Source: Eledone cirrhosa
Taxonomy: Eukaryota
Assembly (NCBI GenBank): GCA_964016885.1
Contig: OZ024742.1
Location: 199,826,001-199,890,000 of the forward strand
Direction of reading: 5' to 3'
Length of the DNA stretch: 64,000 bases
In this document: piece after piece, positions 40,790 through 53,712 of the stretch
How the letters are laid out: each line of letters begins with the position of its first letter
How positions within the stretch are numbered: the first letter of the stretch is position 1
Notes under the pieces: generated by a model
The model's input: the letters and a program-made list of their open reading frames with translations, nothing else
Database searches by the model: none
What the model was told of the DNA's origin: nothing
Program-made: the position numbers and the translations under genes

Positions 40790-43081
40790 ATGGACTATAG
40801 TACATACCGCGATTTTATTTATAAAGAGTTATATAGAAACTATAAAAAAACTACGCTTGAGAATTTGAACCACATCAATAGTGAGGGCCTTAGAATAGTC
40901 TCTGACCTCGGACTCGATAAGTATACCCAGCCTTATTACCCTCGAGAACCGAGATTCACACTTAAGGACCATAAGGTTGATTTTATTAGTAACCCCTCAG
41001 TTAGACTTATCTGTCCTTCTAAGTCGGATATAGCCATTATCAGTAAAAAAATCCTTGACCTTATTATACCAGATGTTAGGAATAGGGTTAATTTTAACTT
41101 ATGGGGGAACACTAGGGAAGTTATAGATTGGTTCTCTGGGATTAATAGACTTGAATCTAATAAGTTTATCCAATTCGATATTGATGCCTACTACACATCA
41201 ATTTCACCCATCCTCCTCAATAAAGCCTTAATGTTGGCCATGAGAGTGTCCAGCCTTACACGATCGCAGGTAGATATTATACTAGCAGCCCGTAAAACTA
41301 TTATTAAATTTGAGGACTCTTTTTGGACCCGTAAAAACACGCCCAATAATTTCGACGTTACAATGGGTTCGAGCGATTCGGCCCAGGTTACTGATCTTGT
41401 TGGGTTGTTCCTCCTTAATGAACTATACGCTACCTTCCCGCACCTTGTAGGCGGACTATATCGTGATGATGCATTGTTTATAATTAACTCTAGTACCAAC
41501 AATGTAGAACGTAATAAGAAGAAGCTTCATAAGTTTTTTAATAACTACAACCTTTCAATCACGATAGATAGAAATGATAGAGCGGTTAACTTTTTAGATG
41601 TGACTTTGGACTTGGCCACTAATAGTTTTAAACCCTTCCATAAGCCTAATGAAATTCTTTCTTATGTTAACCCCAATTCTAACCACCCTAAGTCTATGAT
41701 AAACTCTATAATTAAGGGCGTTTCTAATAGGATTTCCACACTATCTAAGGACATAGGAACTTTTAATGAGCACGCGGAGTACTACAATAACGCCCTAGCA
41801 AATTCAGGTCACTCTAGTAAAATAAATTATAATAATAGTAACTTTAGAAAGTCTCCGCTTACTCTTAATAATAATAACATTATATCACATAACATGGCTA
41901 TGAATGTGAGTAGCAAACTTAGTAACCGTAGAACTTATATAGGAGTATCTGAACCCACCCATAGGTTATCCCACCGGACTCGTAGTAACAAATATAATAC
42001 CTCTAAGAGACAAGTCGAGCCCCCTGTGCGCTCACGCATTGGTGTTGATTTGGCTGGATCTTGTTCTAATAATGTTGCTCCTACTGATCCTTTCATTGGC
42101 CTTAATCCTCTTGTAGGGACTCTGAACAACAGTGGATCTACTGGAGGTAGAAAATATAATAGGCATAATGTAATTATGGCTGATTCTATGAATGCGGCTT
42201 CAAATATTCCCGATAGTAACCCTGGTCTTGAAGGTGTGACTTTTGATAGAGGTAGGGTCGATAGGAATAAAAATAAAAATAAAAATAGAAGGCGATTGAA
42301 TACTTATTTCAACCCGCCATATAACCAGGATGTATCAACTAATATCCCTAGGTCTTTCTTCACTATCCTGGAGAAAAATTTCCCCCCTTCTCACAAATAC
42401 CATGGTATTTTTAATAAAAATATTATTAAACTATCATTCTCTACCACCCCTAATATTAGTTCTCATTTAGCTAGCACTAATAATAGGAAGATTAGGGATG
42501 GATTCTCCTCTCTGCAGAATAATAGCCTGAATGCATCGGACAATGCTTTACCACCAGAACAGTCCTTATCTAATGGAGGTCCTAGGTGCAATACATCACC
42601 ACTTGAGCCAACCAATAACACCCGGAAGTGCAATTGTAGAGTGAGTGCTAACTGCCCTCTAAACGGTAACTGCCTTTCTAAAAACATAGTCTATGCTTGT
42701 GAGGTTATAACTAATTCCTCTAAAGGAACATATATAGGTTCTACTTCAAACACCTTTAAGACTAGGTTTAACTCTCATATCTCTAACTTCAAGCATATTA
42801 GGTTTAAGAATTCCACCTCTCTAGCGCATTATATCTGGGACCTTAAGGGAGCTTGTATACCATATAGCCTTAACTGGAGTTTAGTAGCACGATCTAACCA
42901 CCTTTCTGCACATAGTAAGTTTTGTAATCTCTGTATACTTGAGACACACTCTATTATTTTCTCTAGCGTACCCTTACTGAATAGAAAGTCTGAGATATTC
43001 TCTTCTTGCCCCCATGCAATTTCTAATTCTTACTTTTATTATAAACCCAAATGTTCTAGTAGTACAAATCGTACCCATTAG
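40790..43081 (+). CDS. PLE polyprotein: reverse transcriptase + GIY-YIG endonuclease (uninterrupted but 5'-truncated)
   Basis: TLKDHK, FDIDAYYTSI, FDVTMGSSDSAQVTDLVG, LYRDD, NFLDVTLD, SNHP; CNCRVSANCPLNGNC-NIVY..YIGST..R..H, CNLC, LLNRKSE..CPH. The frame continues upstream (VPADKTKNLY) to the inversion junction. Confidence 0.93.
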   Translation: MDYSTYRDFIYKELYRNYKKTTLENLNHINSEGLRIVSDLGLDKYTQPYYPREPRFTLKDHKVDFISNPSVRLICPSKSDIAIISKKILDLIIPDVRNRVNFNLWGNTREVIDWFSGINRLESNKFIQFDIDAYYTSISPILLNKALMLAMRVSSLTRSQVDIILAARKTIIKFEDSFWTRKNTPNNFDVTMGSSDSAQVTDLVGLFLLNELYATFPHLVGGLYRDDALFIINSSTNNVERNKKKLHKFFNNYNLSITIDRNDRAVNFLDVTLDLATNSFKPFHKPNEILSYVNPNSNHPKSMINSIIKGVSNRISTLSKDIGTFNEHAEYYNNALANSGHSSKINYNNSNFRKSPLTLNNNNIISHNMAMNVSSKLSNRRTYIGVSEPTHRLSHRTRSNKYNTSKRQVEPPVRSRIGVDLAGSCSNNVAPTDPFIGLNPLVGTLNNSGSTGGRKYNRHNVIMADSMNAASNIPDSNPGLEGVTFDRGRVDRNKNKNKNRRRLNTYFNPPYNQDVSTNIPRSFFTILEKNFPPSHKYHGIFNKNIIKLSFSTTPNISSHLASTNNRKIRDGFSSLQNNSLNASDNALPPEQSLSNGGPRCNTSPLEPTNNTRKCNCRVSANCPLNGNCLSKNIVYACEVITNSSKGTYIGSTSNTFKTRFNSHISNFKHIRFKNSTSLAHYIWDLKGACIPYSLNWSLVARSNHLSAHSKFCNLCILETHSIIFSSVPLLNRKSEIFSSCPHAISNSYFYYKPKCSSSTNRTH

Positions 43082-45238
43082 CAGATATATTCCATTACTT
43101 AGTTCTTTGTTTGGGTTCTTTTGTTTGCCAACACTATTGTTAACATTAGTTTTTGATGACTCTTCATTCTAGCTCTCATAATCATTTGGCCACTGTACCG
43201 TATCTATGTCTTCACTATTACACTTTGTTAGTATACATAAGATTACACACGTTATTACCTTTATATATTCTTTTATTATCATTAACTTTAATTTTTAATT
43301 TTAACATTATTTTTATTTTTATTTTCAATTCTATTTATATTTTTATTTTTATTTCTAAGTCTATTCTGATTTATCTATTACCCCCTCCCCATAATATGAT
43401 TATATTAAACCCCCCCCCCCCCCACACTCTTTTATGCTCTGTTCTATTATTTATTGTGTATATCGAATTTATTATAATTTATTATAGTATATCGAATTAT
43501 TATAGTATATCGAATTTATTTATAACTATAGTATATTTAATTTTTAATTTTAACATTATTTTTATTTTTATTTTTAATTTTAATTCTATTTATATTTTTA
43601 TTTCTAAATCTATTCTGATTTATCTATTATACCCCCCCTTCTCCCCCCCCCCATGCACGCATAAACTTATTGTCAACCCCTCTAGATTAAATATGATTAT
43701 ATTAAACCCCCCCCCCCCACTCTTTTATGCTCTGTTCTATTATTTATTATAGTATATCGAATATATTTTATGCTACTTCGCACCCTCCATATATTTCATC
43801 AATTCTGTCCCCATTAGCTTACCTTAACTTTACTTAAGTCAGTTTTTTAGATATCGTTGCGTGTATAATTTTATTCCATTTTGTAAACATTTGTAACGAT
43901 ATATTAAAGTTTATATATTTTAATGACTGAGACTATAGCTAATTTTATACTACCTTATCGGACGGGTTTGATATTTTTAATATTAATTTATCATATAGGG
44001 TTGGGAGTCATTTAAAATGATCGTTTTCCTGGGTGCTTACCAAATTTCTTAATGCACGCGGGACTTAAGTGTGTTTACATTTGCCTCGTTTTGTAATTTC
44101 CGGTTGATTGGTTTTATTTACCACTCACTGTCTGGCTTTGCTCATCCACATATGTCTGTCTACTAACCTTGAAATTATAAGTATTTATTTATATATTATA
44201 TGCCTATTTTTAAAATATATTACATTATGATATAGATCCTTATTACTTACCGTTTATTATATATAACATTAAGATACTTAAACTTTATATTTTTTAATAT
44301 CTTAATATTTTAATATCTTAATATTTTAATATTTTAATATTGTAGTATGTAACATTATGGTATTTAGACTTTACATATCATGTTAGATGTCTATATATTT
44401 TTTCTGTAACAACATATTTTTTTCTGTAACAACATATTTTTTCTGTAACATCATAATTGTTCCCTGTACCAATATAGATTTTTTTAGTATTATTGTATTA
44501 TTGTATTATATTATATGATTGATATTTCCCCATTTATTATGTAACCCAATATGAACCATGTTGTACATATTGAATATGGTAATTGTTAATATAATGTTAA
44601 CAACTTATCATTGTATTTCAATGTGACATCTATATTATTTCTGTAAATTAACCGGAGATTATATATATCCTTATTTTTTATATATATTCTACTTTATTAT
44701 ATAATTTTGTTGTTTATTATTTATTATAAGTGTTTCTTGTAATTATTGCCCCATGTATATTGGGTAGATATATTAGCATTATTTTCACTATTACCATGCT
44801 TATTTTTAATATTTTTGATGTTTAAACTTCCAATAAGGCTTAATTTCTGTGTAATAGAAAATAGATATGTGTATTGTAATATGTGTGTGTGTGTGTGTGT
44901 GTGTGCGCACATATATACATGTATATATTGCACCTTTTGATTTTTGATTTGGAATTTCAGTGTTGGTATAGATATATTATTATTAGAATGTATTATACTG
45001 TGTTATATATAATTCCTGTTCTATATAACCAAATTTGTTTAGATTTAAGTTGGTTACTTTGGACCATATTTGTAATATGGTTCTTAATGTCATCTACATC
45101 CTTAGTTATTATAATTTTATTAGTTTTATCCTCATTTTTATTATCGTATATCCTTGTAAGACATTAGTGTATGTAAACCCCATATTCTTCAGAGTTTCTG
45201 GCTTGTATCTGCCGAAATTACCTCTTGTTGTTTTGATT

Positions 45239-45276
45239 GCCCTAATGAGTCCTTAATAGGACGAAACATTGTCGGC
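45239..45276 (+). ncRNA. Family H hammerhead with G5-to-A change
   Basis: GCC-CTAATGA-GTCCT-TAAT-AGGAC-GAAAC-ATT-GTC-GGC. Confidence 0.75.
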
Positions 45277-45423
45277 TAATAAAAACTTTTGATGTATTAA
45301 AGGATTCTTTGTTTTACTCTCTTAATTTTTCGGCTCTGTTTAACTGCATTGAGCTATACCTTTTACGGTCATTTCTATAATACGAAGAGGGTGTTTGACT
45401 CAAACACGCTCCAGTATTCTAAT

Positions 45424-45467
<44 letters not shown>

Positions 45468-45471
45468 TTAG

Positions 45472-45538
<67 letters not shown>

Positions 45539-46009
45539 GTTAAAACTTTTTAACTTAATTGTTTAAGCGTCAGTCATACAAAAGTGAGTTACAAACGAAA
45601 CGAAATTTAATTTCGTTTCGTTATTTGTTTTTATATATATATATATATATATCTTCCCCTTTTTTCTTTGTCTCTTTCTTTCTGTCGCTGTTTCCCTCCT
45701 ATAGACATTCTCTCTCTTTCTTTTTCTGTCCCCCTCTCTCTGCACTTTCTACTTCCTTCTCTTTCTCAACCGCGTCCCTGCTTACGGCAGTTCTAATGGA
45801 GATTTTTTTAACGCGAAGTCACACAAGGATTAGAAAAATGGCGATTATCACTTTGAAAGTAACAATTATGCAATAAATAGTTGTTATTGACACGTCTCGC
45901 ATCCTCCTTTGGCAATGTGTAACATTTTAACGAGATCGAGTAAACAATACGCAAGTTATAATACTTTACACACACAGACAGAACGGGACTTATATAGTAT
46001 ATATATCAA

Positions 46010-46197
46010 TAATTGTTTCTACTTTAGGCACAAGGCCAGCAATTACCAGTGCATTACTGGTACTTTATTTTATCGACCCCGTAGGGATGAAAAGCAAAGT
46101 CAACCTCGGCGGGATTTGAACTCAGATCGTAAAGGGACGTAACTATGCTGGAAAGCATGGCGTCCGACCCTCTACCGATACTTCCAATCGACCGCCT
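46010..46197 (-). mobile_element. Full-length SINE
   Basis: Reverse complement of the 23896 family. Confidence 0.85.
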
Positions 46198-46540
46198 AGA
46201 TATATCAATAATATAGATATATCAATAATATAGATATATATAGTAGATATATCAATAATATAGCTTAAGCAAAGTTTTTTACTTAAAGCTTTTTGTTTTA
46301 TTTTCTTTATTCTTGTAGAAATGTTTTTTGCATTATATACGTGTGCGTATATATATATGTTATACATATACACACACACACACACATATATATATAAATA
46401 AACCCCTTTTAAAGGGAGACTACTCTTTATCCACCTAATTTTAACTCTTTGACATTAGAGATAGAACAGATACTCTATACTATTTCCTGTCAGCATGGCT
46501 TGGCAAGATATTTAGAACGCTGGTTTGAGACCTTTATTTC

Positions 46541-46575
46541 CCTCTGAAGAAGAGATATTATCTCGAAAATTAAGG
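46541..46575 (+). ncRNA. Minimal hammerhead ribozyme, family I
   Basis: CCT-CTGAAGA-A-GAGAT-ATT-ATCTC-GAAA-AT-TA-AGG. Confidence 0.6.
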
Positions 46576-46805
46576 ACATTTAAATAAATCTAAGGTAAAG
46601 GACGAATTGTCAACAATATCTTTTACAATTGCATTCTTTTTTCTATGTCCATACCTGCATTGTTTTGGCTTTATTACACATATTCAAACGTTTATACCTC
46701 ATTACACAATGCTTCAAGTGAACTATAACCTCCTCCTATATAAATATAAATTAAATTAAAGGTTGATTGACATATATGTAAAATAAACATATCAAACATT
46801 GACGG

Positions 46806-47440
46806 AATAATTTGTAAAGAGTGTAAGCACACATAGTTACGGAGGTAACATATTAAAATTTAACTCTGAATATAGATAGCTTGCAATAATGGTTAATCTA
46901 CTTTGTATATATTCTATTAAAGAAACATATTTCACCATTAATAAGTGAATCATAAATGTTAAATCCTGGATCGTCAGCAAAGGAGAGAATTTGAAACTAT
47001 GTATGATCACACCCTAAGAACAAATCAACGAATAATGAAGAAAGCACATGTGGTTTGGAAAAATACACAGCGACCCGCCGTCATCCCACTGACGTGAATA
47101 TGCTTACCGATAGCTAGAAATAGTAGCTGAATTCTTAGGAGCATCAAATTCTGGGATGACGGCGGGTCGCTGTGTATTTTTCCAAACCATGTGTGTTTTT
47201 CGTCGTTACTCCTTGATTTGTCCATAGACTGAGATCATACATAGTTTCAAATTCTCTCCTTTGCTGTCGATCCAGGATTTGACATCTATGATTCACCTAT
47301 TAATTGTGAAATATATTTCTTTAACGGAATATATACAGAAGAGATTAATCATTGTTGCAAGGGGTTTATATTCAGAGTTCTCATTAAATTTTAATGTTTC
47401 CTCCGTAACTATGTGTGCTTACACCCTTTACAAATTATCC
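46806..47440. repeat. Large imperfect palindrome
   Basis: Outer diverged arms ~46806-47010 / 47232-47440; inner near-perfect arms ~47045-47088 / 47152-47195. Confidence 0.8.
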
Positions 47441-47473
47441 TCTGTGTGTGGGTGTGTGTATGTATGTATGTAT

Positions 47474-47770
<297 letters not shown>

Positions 47771-48012
47771 CGTTATATAAGGTTTATATTTCCGTCGTTA
47801 ATTTTCTGCTAATGCAGTTTATATATAATATCGTCTTTTTTAAATGGATTACGTTACTGATTGTACATGTGAGGATAACACAGTCTCTCTTCAATTTCTG
47901 TACATATTCTCAATTACGATTTTATTTGACGTAGCGTATAATATCAATATGCACACTACATATACTAGCAGAAAACCACCAGAAGGGTGGTTTTTTCTGC
48001 AAGTATATATAA

Positions 48013-48240
48013 GAAATGTAAATCTAACTTTTTCGAATATTAATAATAATATTCGATTCGTTTGCAATTATGCAATAAGCCTCTTAAGCCACATCAGTAG
48101 AATGACCCTATCATTCTTGTTCTTGTATACAAACAACGACAAACATAATTGCAAACGAATCGAATATTCTTATTAATATTTGAAAAAGTTAGATTTACAT
48201 TTCTTGTATTCAGCCATGTAGAACGATAAAACTATTTGTT
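48013..48240. repeat. Fold-back element of the 33073/57340 family
   Basis: Arms ~48010-48073 / 48145-48205, followed by a tail. Confidence 0.7.
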
Positions 48241-48284
48241 ACACACACACACACGTATATATATATGTATGTATATATATATAC

Positions 48285-48473
48285 TTGTTTCTACCTTTTG
48301 GCACAAGGCCAGTAATTACCCCAGTACATTACTGGTACTTTATTTTATCGACCCCGTAAGGGTGAAAGGCAAAGTTAACCTCGGCTGGATTTGAACTCAG
48401 AATGGCAAGGGCCGTAACTCTATGCGTCAAAGCATGGCGTCCGACCCTCTACCGATACTGCCAATCCACCGCC
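48285..48473 (-). mobile_element. Full-length SINE
   Basis: Reverse complement of the 23896 family. Confidence 0.85.
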
Positions 48474-48527
48474 ATTAATATATATATAATATAATATATA
48501 TATGGCTTTGAACATTATATAGAGCGC

Positions 48528-48658
48528 ATTATTTCCTTAATTTTAACGAGGTTAACTTTGCCTTTCATCCTTATGGGGTCGATAAAATAAAGTACCAGTA
48601 ATACACTGGGTAATTGCTGGCCTTGTGCCAAAAGTAGAAACAATTATTTCCTTAATTT
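48528..48658 (+). mobile_element. 5'-truncated SINE with 16-bp TSD
   Basis: ATTATTTCCTTAATTT at 48528 and 48643. Confidence 0.8.
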
Positions 48659-48859
48659 ATTCGTCGGAAAGTCTTGGCCCTATATAAATAGGTATATGTA
48701 TGTGAATACGTATGTGTATATGTATGTGCGTATATATGTGTATGTGCACGAGGTGGGTGTGTTGAACAAAAATCTGTCTTTAGATCTTGGTAGATATATT
48801 GTCATCTGTGAGGATTGTTACATTAATTAGAAGACATATTTTCTGTTTCTCTTTTCAAT

Positions 48860-49243
48860 CGGTTGGCTTTGATTCTCGTCTGGCAGTGCTACCGAGGGGT
48901 CACTGCCGGTTTGAGATAAATTCTACAGGCACGGAATGGCTGTGAGACGAACCTGCCCGAGATGCGCGCAGGGTGACGAAACCGTTTTGCACGCACTCGT
49001 CTAGTGTCCGTGCATTACTGACTTGTAGAGTTATATCGAACAGCTGTTCTCGCGAGCAGAACAGATCCGGTTATCGGCCGAATCCATAGTGAAGATCGAC
49101 CCGCCGTCTTCTTTTAGCTGACAAAGGCAGGCAATTTTCTTCTGTCTGGTGGCGGTAGCGAAAGAGGTTGTGTGGTGGACCAGGTTGAAAGGACTGAAGA
49201 CAGACACTTTTTTACTTTGGCCAATCGCTCATCAACTTTTTCA
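48860..49243 (+). pseudogene. Decayed L1/Tx1 ORF2 C-terminal fragment
   Basis: LPV*DKFYRHG, CPRCAQGDETVLHALV*C, AKEVVWWTRLKGL. Confidence 0.8.
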
Positions 49244-49263
49244 TATATATATATATATATATA

Positions 49264-49530
49264 TAGTTATGTAATAAACAACATAAGATAATTATTTCAT
49301 TTACCAGTGGTTTCTTGAAAGCAAACAAATTTGCTTTCAGTCATCAGAATGAAAAGATCCTGGTGTTTTTTTCATGTTTTCATTCTGATGACTGAAATCA
49401 AATTTGTTTGCTTTCAAGAAACCACTGGTAAATGAAATAATTATCTTATGTTGTTTATTACATAACTAATAAGCTCTGTAACCTACATAGAGCACTCTTT
49501 TTTCCTGGACCTTTCCGACGGAATTACTTC

Positions 49531-49535
<5 letters not shown>
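49264..49535 (+). mobile_element. 270-bp fold-back element (92-bp arms + tail) in (TA)n
   Basis: 49264-49355 is the reverse complement of 49377-49468. Confidence 0.85.
49378..49437 (+). ncRNA. Type I hammerhead ribozyme, family J
   Basis: TTTCATT-CTGATGA-CTGAAA(T/G)CAAA-TTTG-TTTGCTTTCAA-GAAAC-CACTG-GTA-AATGAAA; 7-bp stem I. Confidence 0.85.
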
Positions 49536-49567
<32 letters not shown>

Positions 49568-49924
49568 CAAACACAAACCCATACACACACGCTCATATAT
49601 ACATATATTTATATATGTATATATATATGTTTACACACACGGATACATGCATAAACACACATGCATATACATATACATAAACACGCATATGCACTCAAGT
49701 ATAGAGACGTACATATATACATATATACACACATACATACATATATACATACATATATGTTACAAAACTGTCTCTCAACATCTCTATGTATTCCAGTATT
49801 ACCATAAATATATGATTAATATTTAGTTCTAAGTCTTTCAGACACGGCATTTTGTTACCATTGACAATAGAAAAGTAAGCAAATAAATATATGAATAAAT
49901 ACAAAAATAAACAATAATAATAAC

Positions 49925-50107
49925 AATTGTTTCTACTTTTGGCACAATGCCAGCAATTATCCCAGTGCATTACTGGTACTCTATTTTATCGACTCGTAAG
50001 GATGAAAGGCAAAGTTAACCTCGGTGGGATTTGAACTTAGACCGTAAAGGGGCGTAACTCTATGCTACAAAGCATGTCATCCAACCCTCTACCGATACTG
50101 CCAATCC

Positions 50108-50108
<1 letters not shown>
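49925..50108 (-). mobile_element. SINE
   Basis: Reverse complement of the 23896 family. Confidence 0.8.
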
Positions 50109-50147
<39 letters not shown>

Positions 50148-50381
50148 TTTTCTTTATTAACCACAAGGGTTTACATAAAGTAGACATTAAGGACAATACA
50201 GGACGGTACAAATGGGCATTTCTGCGTGTAAAAAAAAAACAGAGGATGTAATAAAATAACAAAGAAAAATTCCCCAATAGGGGGGAGACTTCCGAGGGAC
50301 ATTTGTGGAGAAAGCCATTAAAAGACCACAGTGACCCTGACCACCAGGGCAAGTGCCCTCTCTCAGTTTTCCACCTTTAAT

Positions 50382-53300
50382 TTACAGACACATACTCATT
50401 CGGGCCATTCTTGCTTCTCTCACCCATCTTTCAACAAAATGCTGGGAAGAGAGCACTTCCCTCTCTACCCTGATTTTCCTTTTCAAATGAAATTTGAAAA
50501 AGTTAATCAGGCCATCACCGAAGAGGTAAGTGCTCGTCTTCAGCCCTTTCAAACGTGTCCACCATACTATCTCTTTCGCCATGGCCACCAGACAGATAAA
50601 AACTGCCTGCCCTTTCCGGCTAAAGGAAGAGGGCGGGGCAATCCTCACGATGGACTCAGATGATAGCCGGATCCGTCCTACACACGACAGCAGGTGTTCG
50701 ACATAAACCCACAAGTCAGCAATTTTCGGACACTGGACGAGTGCGTGCAGGACGGTTTCGTCGCCCTGCATGCACCTCGGACATGCCCGGCTGACAGCAC
50801 TTCCATACCTGTAGAGTTTATCCCGAACTGGCAAGGCTCCTCGGTAGCACTGTCAGGCCAGAGATTTCTGGAAGTTGTCCATAGGTCCCGGCCCGAAAGT
50901 TCTTCATAAGAGATTGGCTGGTTGAATTTCCTCGACGCCTAGAGTTTCCCCAAGTACGTCGTCGCTCTTCCCCTCCACTAATCCTCTATAGAACGCCGAG
51001 GTGGAGTTTCCACCGATCACATTGCCCGATTGGTCGAGGGCTGTGAGCGCCTGAAGACATTCCAGTCTCCAGGCGCTCCCTCTCGGTCTTCGCTTGACCC
51101 AGGACTGCAGCTCCGTCAAGGAAACGAGCTGGGGAAATACGTGTCTAGCAAACGGCGACCACACCTGATCACCGTCGAGGAAGAGGTGGAGATGTCGTAG
51201 CCTGAGCGCGTGTCTGCGCATCATCAGCTACGGCATGTAGCCCTCCACGTAGCGGGTGTTGACAGCAGATGGACCGCCTGACCATCGGAGCGCGTCCCTT
51301 CCACAAAAAGCGAAAGAGCAAACGCTCCAGCGCAGTCAGGCGGGGCTTAGGACAAGGTACGACGGTCAGGCGGTAGCAGATGACAGACGCGATGTACGCG
51401 TTAGCCACCTCCGCTCGACCTTTCAGGGATAGCTCCCTCTCCGCCCATTTCTGGGTGAGAGAAGCCACCCTGCTCGTCACCTCGTCCCAGTTTTTATCCG
51501 TCTGGAGGTCCGAAACGAACCAGACACCTATCAATTTAACCGGTCCGTCCGTCCAGCGTCCGACGACGCTGTTGGACGGCATGGACCTGCCTCTCCAGGT
51601 GCCGAGCTGCAGGCCCACTGACTTTTCCTGGTTGATCATTGCTCTTGTCACCGCTTCGTATTCTCTTAGTGTAGTGCCAATCGCCTCGATGTGTTTGGCG
51701 TTCGACACCACTACGGTAGCATCGTCCGGATATGCTGACACGGATCTTCCGCATCCTAGTTCGCCCGGGACGCCCCTCAACGTCTCCAGTTTGTGCAGTA
51801 ATGGTTCGAGAGTCAATACGTACAAGAGGGACGAGAGGGGACATCCTTGGCGGACTGAGCGCATGATGTTGAACGGTTCCGAAAGGTGACCGTTCACTCT
51901 CACCACAGAGCAGATGTCGCTGTGCATGGCAGCGATCCAGCCTCTGAAGACGGGCCCAAAGCCAGCCGCCCTCAGGACTGCCGCTAGGTAACGATGGTCG
52001 ACCCTATCGAAAGCTTTCGACTGATCTAAATTGATCAAAGACCCACCCGTCCCAGGTTCCCTAGCTACGCTCTCTACGATGTATCGCATGAGGTGGAGGT
52101 TGTCGTGGATGTATCTGTCGGGATTTGCGCATGCCTGAGCCTCTCCCACCAGACCACCAACGACAAGCGCCAACCTCTTTGCTAGCACCTTGGCCAAAAT
52201 CTTGAACTCTGTGTTTAGCAGAGTTATGGGCCGGAAATTATCTATGTTATCCCCCTTGTTCGGATCCTTTCTCAGCAGTGCCGCCGCTCCTCAGCTCACA
52301 GAGCTGGGAATTCTCCCGTTCTGTTGCCAGTTGCAGTAGACGTCCGCCAAGAGGCCTCCGAACAAGTCTGGCATATGTACGTAAAGTTCATAGGGCAGAC
52401 CATCCAAACCAGGCGATTTATCCCTTGTGCAGCCAGTCATTGCCTCCCGTACTTCAGCAACTGTTATCGGCTTTTTGCAACACTCCGCCTCAGTGGCCGA
52501 GAGCCGCGGCAGTCCGTCGAGGTAGACACTAAAGTCCATCCTTCGACCCGGCCCACCACTACCCCCGAACAACTGAGCGAAGTGTCGCTGAAAAGCTTCA
52601 CACATTTGCCCGGGATCGAGTACCAAAGACCGGATCGTGGCTTTGTTGCCACGACGCGCCTCCGCCACTCGGGCCCATTGAACGGCTTTCGTCCCCTCGT
52701 GTCTGAGAGCACGCACCCTCGCTCTGACAACGCAGCCTTCGTGCTTTGCATTGAAGAAATGGTCAAGGGCCAATTTCGCCGCGAGTACGTCGGTCGCGAT
52801 GCCTTTGCTAAGCGCCTCGTCTAATTTTCTAACTAGTTCTCCCTCTGCTCTATTTTTCTCTATTGCTAAAGTCTTACTAAATCTAATGGATTCTATTCTA
52901 ATCGCTCTTTTCAGAGCAAACCACCACTTGTTGTTGACGATGGCCCCCGTCAACGCCTGCATAACTAGTTCTCTAATCCGGTCTCTGTAGGCCTTGTGCG
53001 TGGTAAGGACGCGTTTAGCTTCCAGTAGCCGGGTCCTCGTCTATGAAGCCTATCTAAGTCAAGCACACAGATCACGAATTTGTGGTCCGTGTAGCTGACT
53101 ATCTTGAATTGTGGACAGCCTATGCTAGACCTATCTATTTCCCTACAAAATACTCTATCTAGATATGATCTGGATGACCCTATGCGATTTGTCCAAGTCC
53201 ACATTGGCACATTCAGGAAATCCAATCGGTACCTGTCAGACAGTTCAAAACGCCTGAGCAGGTTGGTGAGGCTCTTGCACCCTCCACCCCTATCCGCTAA

Positions 53301-53712
53301 TCCCACACAGTCCCAGCGTGCATCTAAGATCCCGTTCCAGTCGCCCACTAACACTAAAGAGCGGGACGTTCCAAGAAAGGTCTCCAGACGCCGGAAGAAA
53401 TCAGGCCGCCCTGCTCCTGTCGGGGCATAGACGGCCACTAGCCTGAAAGCTTGCCCGTCTCCGCTGGTCACGTCCAGCACCACCAACTTACCCTCTGGGT
53501 CCAGGAAGATGACCCGTATGGCGAGATCCAAACCTCGCGTACACATCGTAGCCGCCGAAGATCGGTGCGAAGGGCCGTGCTTCGGAGATTCTGGTCTCGC
53601 TGATGGCCACTACATCTATGTTTAGTGACCTGAGGTCGTTGAGCAGGCGACCCTGCTTCCATGACGACCCCAAGCCACGCGCATTTATGCTGCCTATTCT
53701 GAGTGAGGTCAT
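50382..53712 (-). pseudogene. ORF2 APE-RT-zf-RVT (frameshifted, deletion in APE)
   Basis: INARGL, VYAP, GDWN, SYLDRV, YTDH, GPGYWKLN, SPGLDG, LDQSKAFDRV, RQGCPLS, AYPDD, CPRC..ETVLHALVQC. Confidence 0.92.

Larger units (their letters stand above)
39951..45428 (+). mobile_element. Penelope-like element with inverted 5' pseudo-LTR and 3' tail, in (TA)n
   Basis: 39951-40718 is the reverse complement of 44581-45323; unpaired tail 45324-45428; RT-GIY-YIG ORF in between. Confidence 0.93.

Noticed and set aside
40790-43081. Retron, group II intron or telomerase RT
   Set aside because: The C-terminal GIY-YIG, inverted pseudo-LTR and hammerhead identify it as a Penelope-like element.
43153-43752. 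199-aa hydrophobic ORF
   Set aside because: T-rich, internally duplicated PLE 3' UTR sequence.
47964-48003. Helitron 3' end
   Set aside because: The hairpin overlaps the CTAG and there is no matching 5' end; too weak.
48020-48110. HHR in the 33073/48013/57340 fold-back family
   Set aside because: The core reads CTGATGT or CTGACAT depending on the copy, and I could not build consistent stems.
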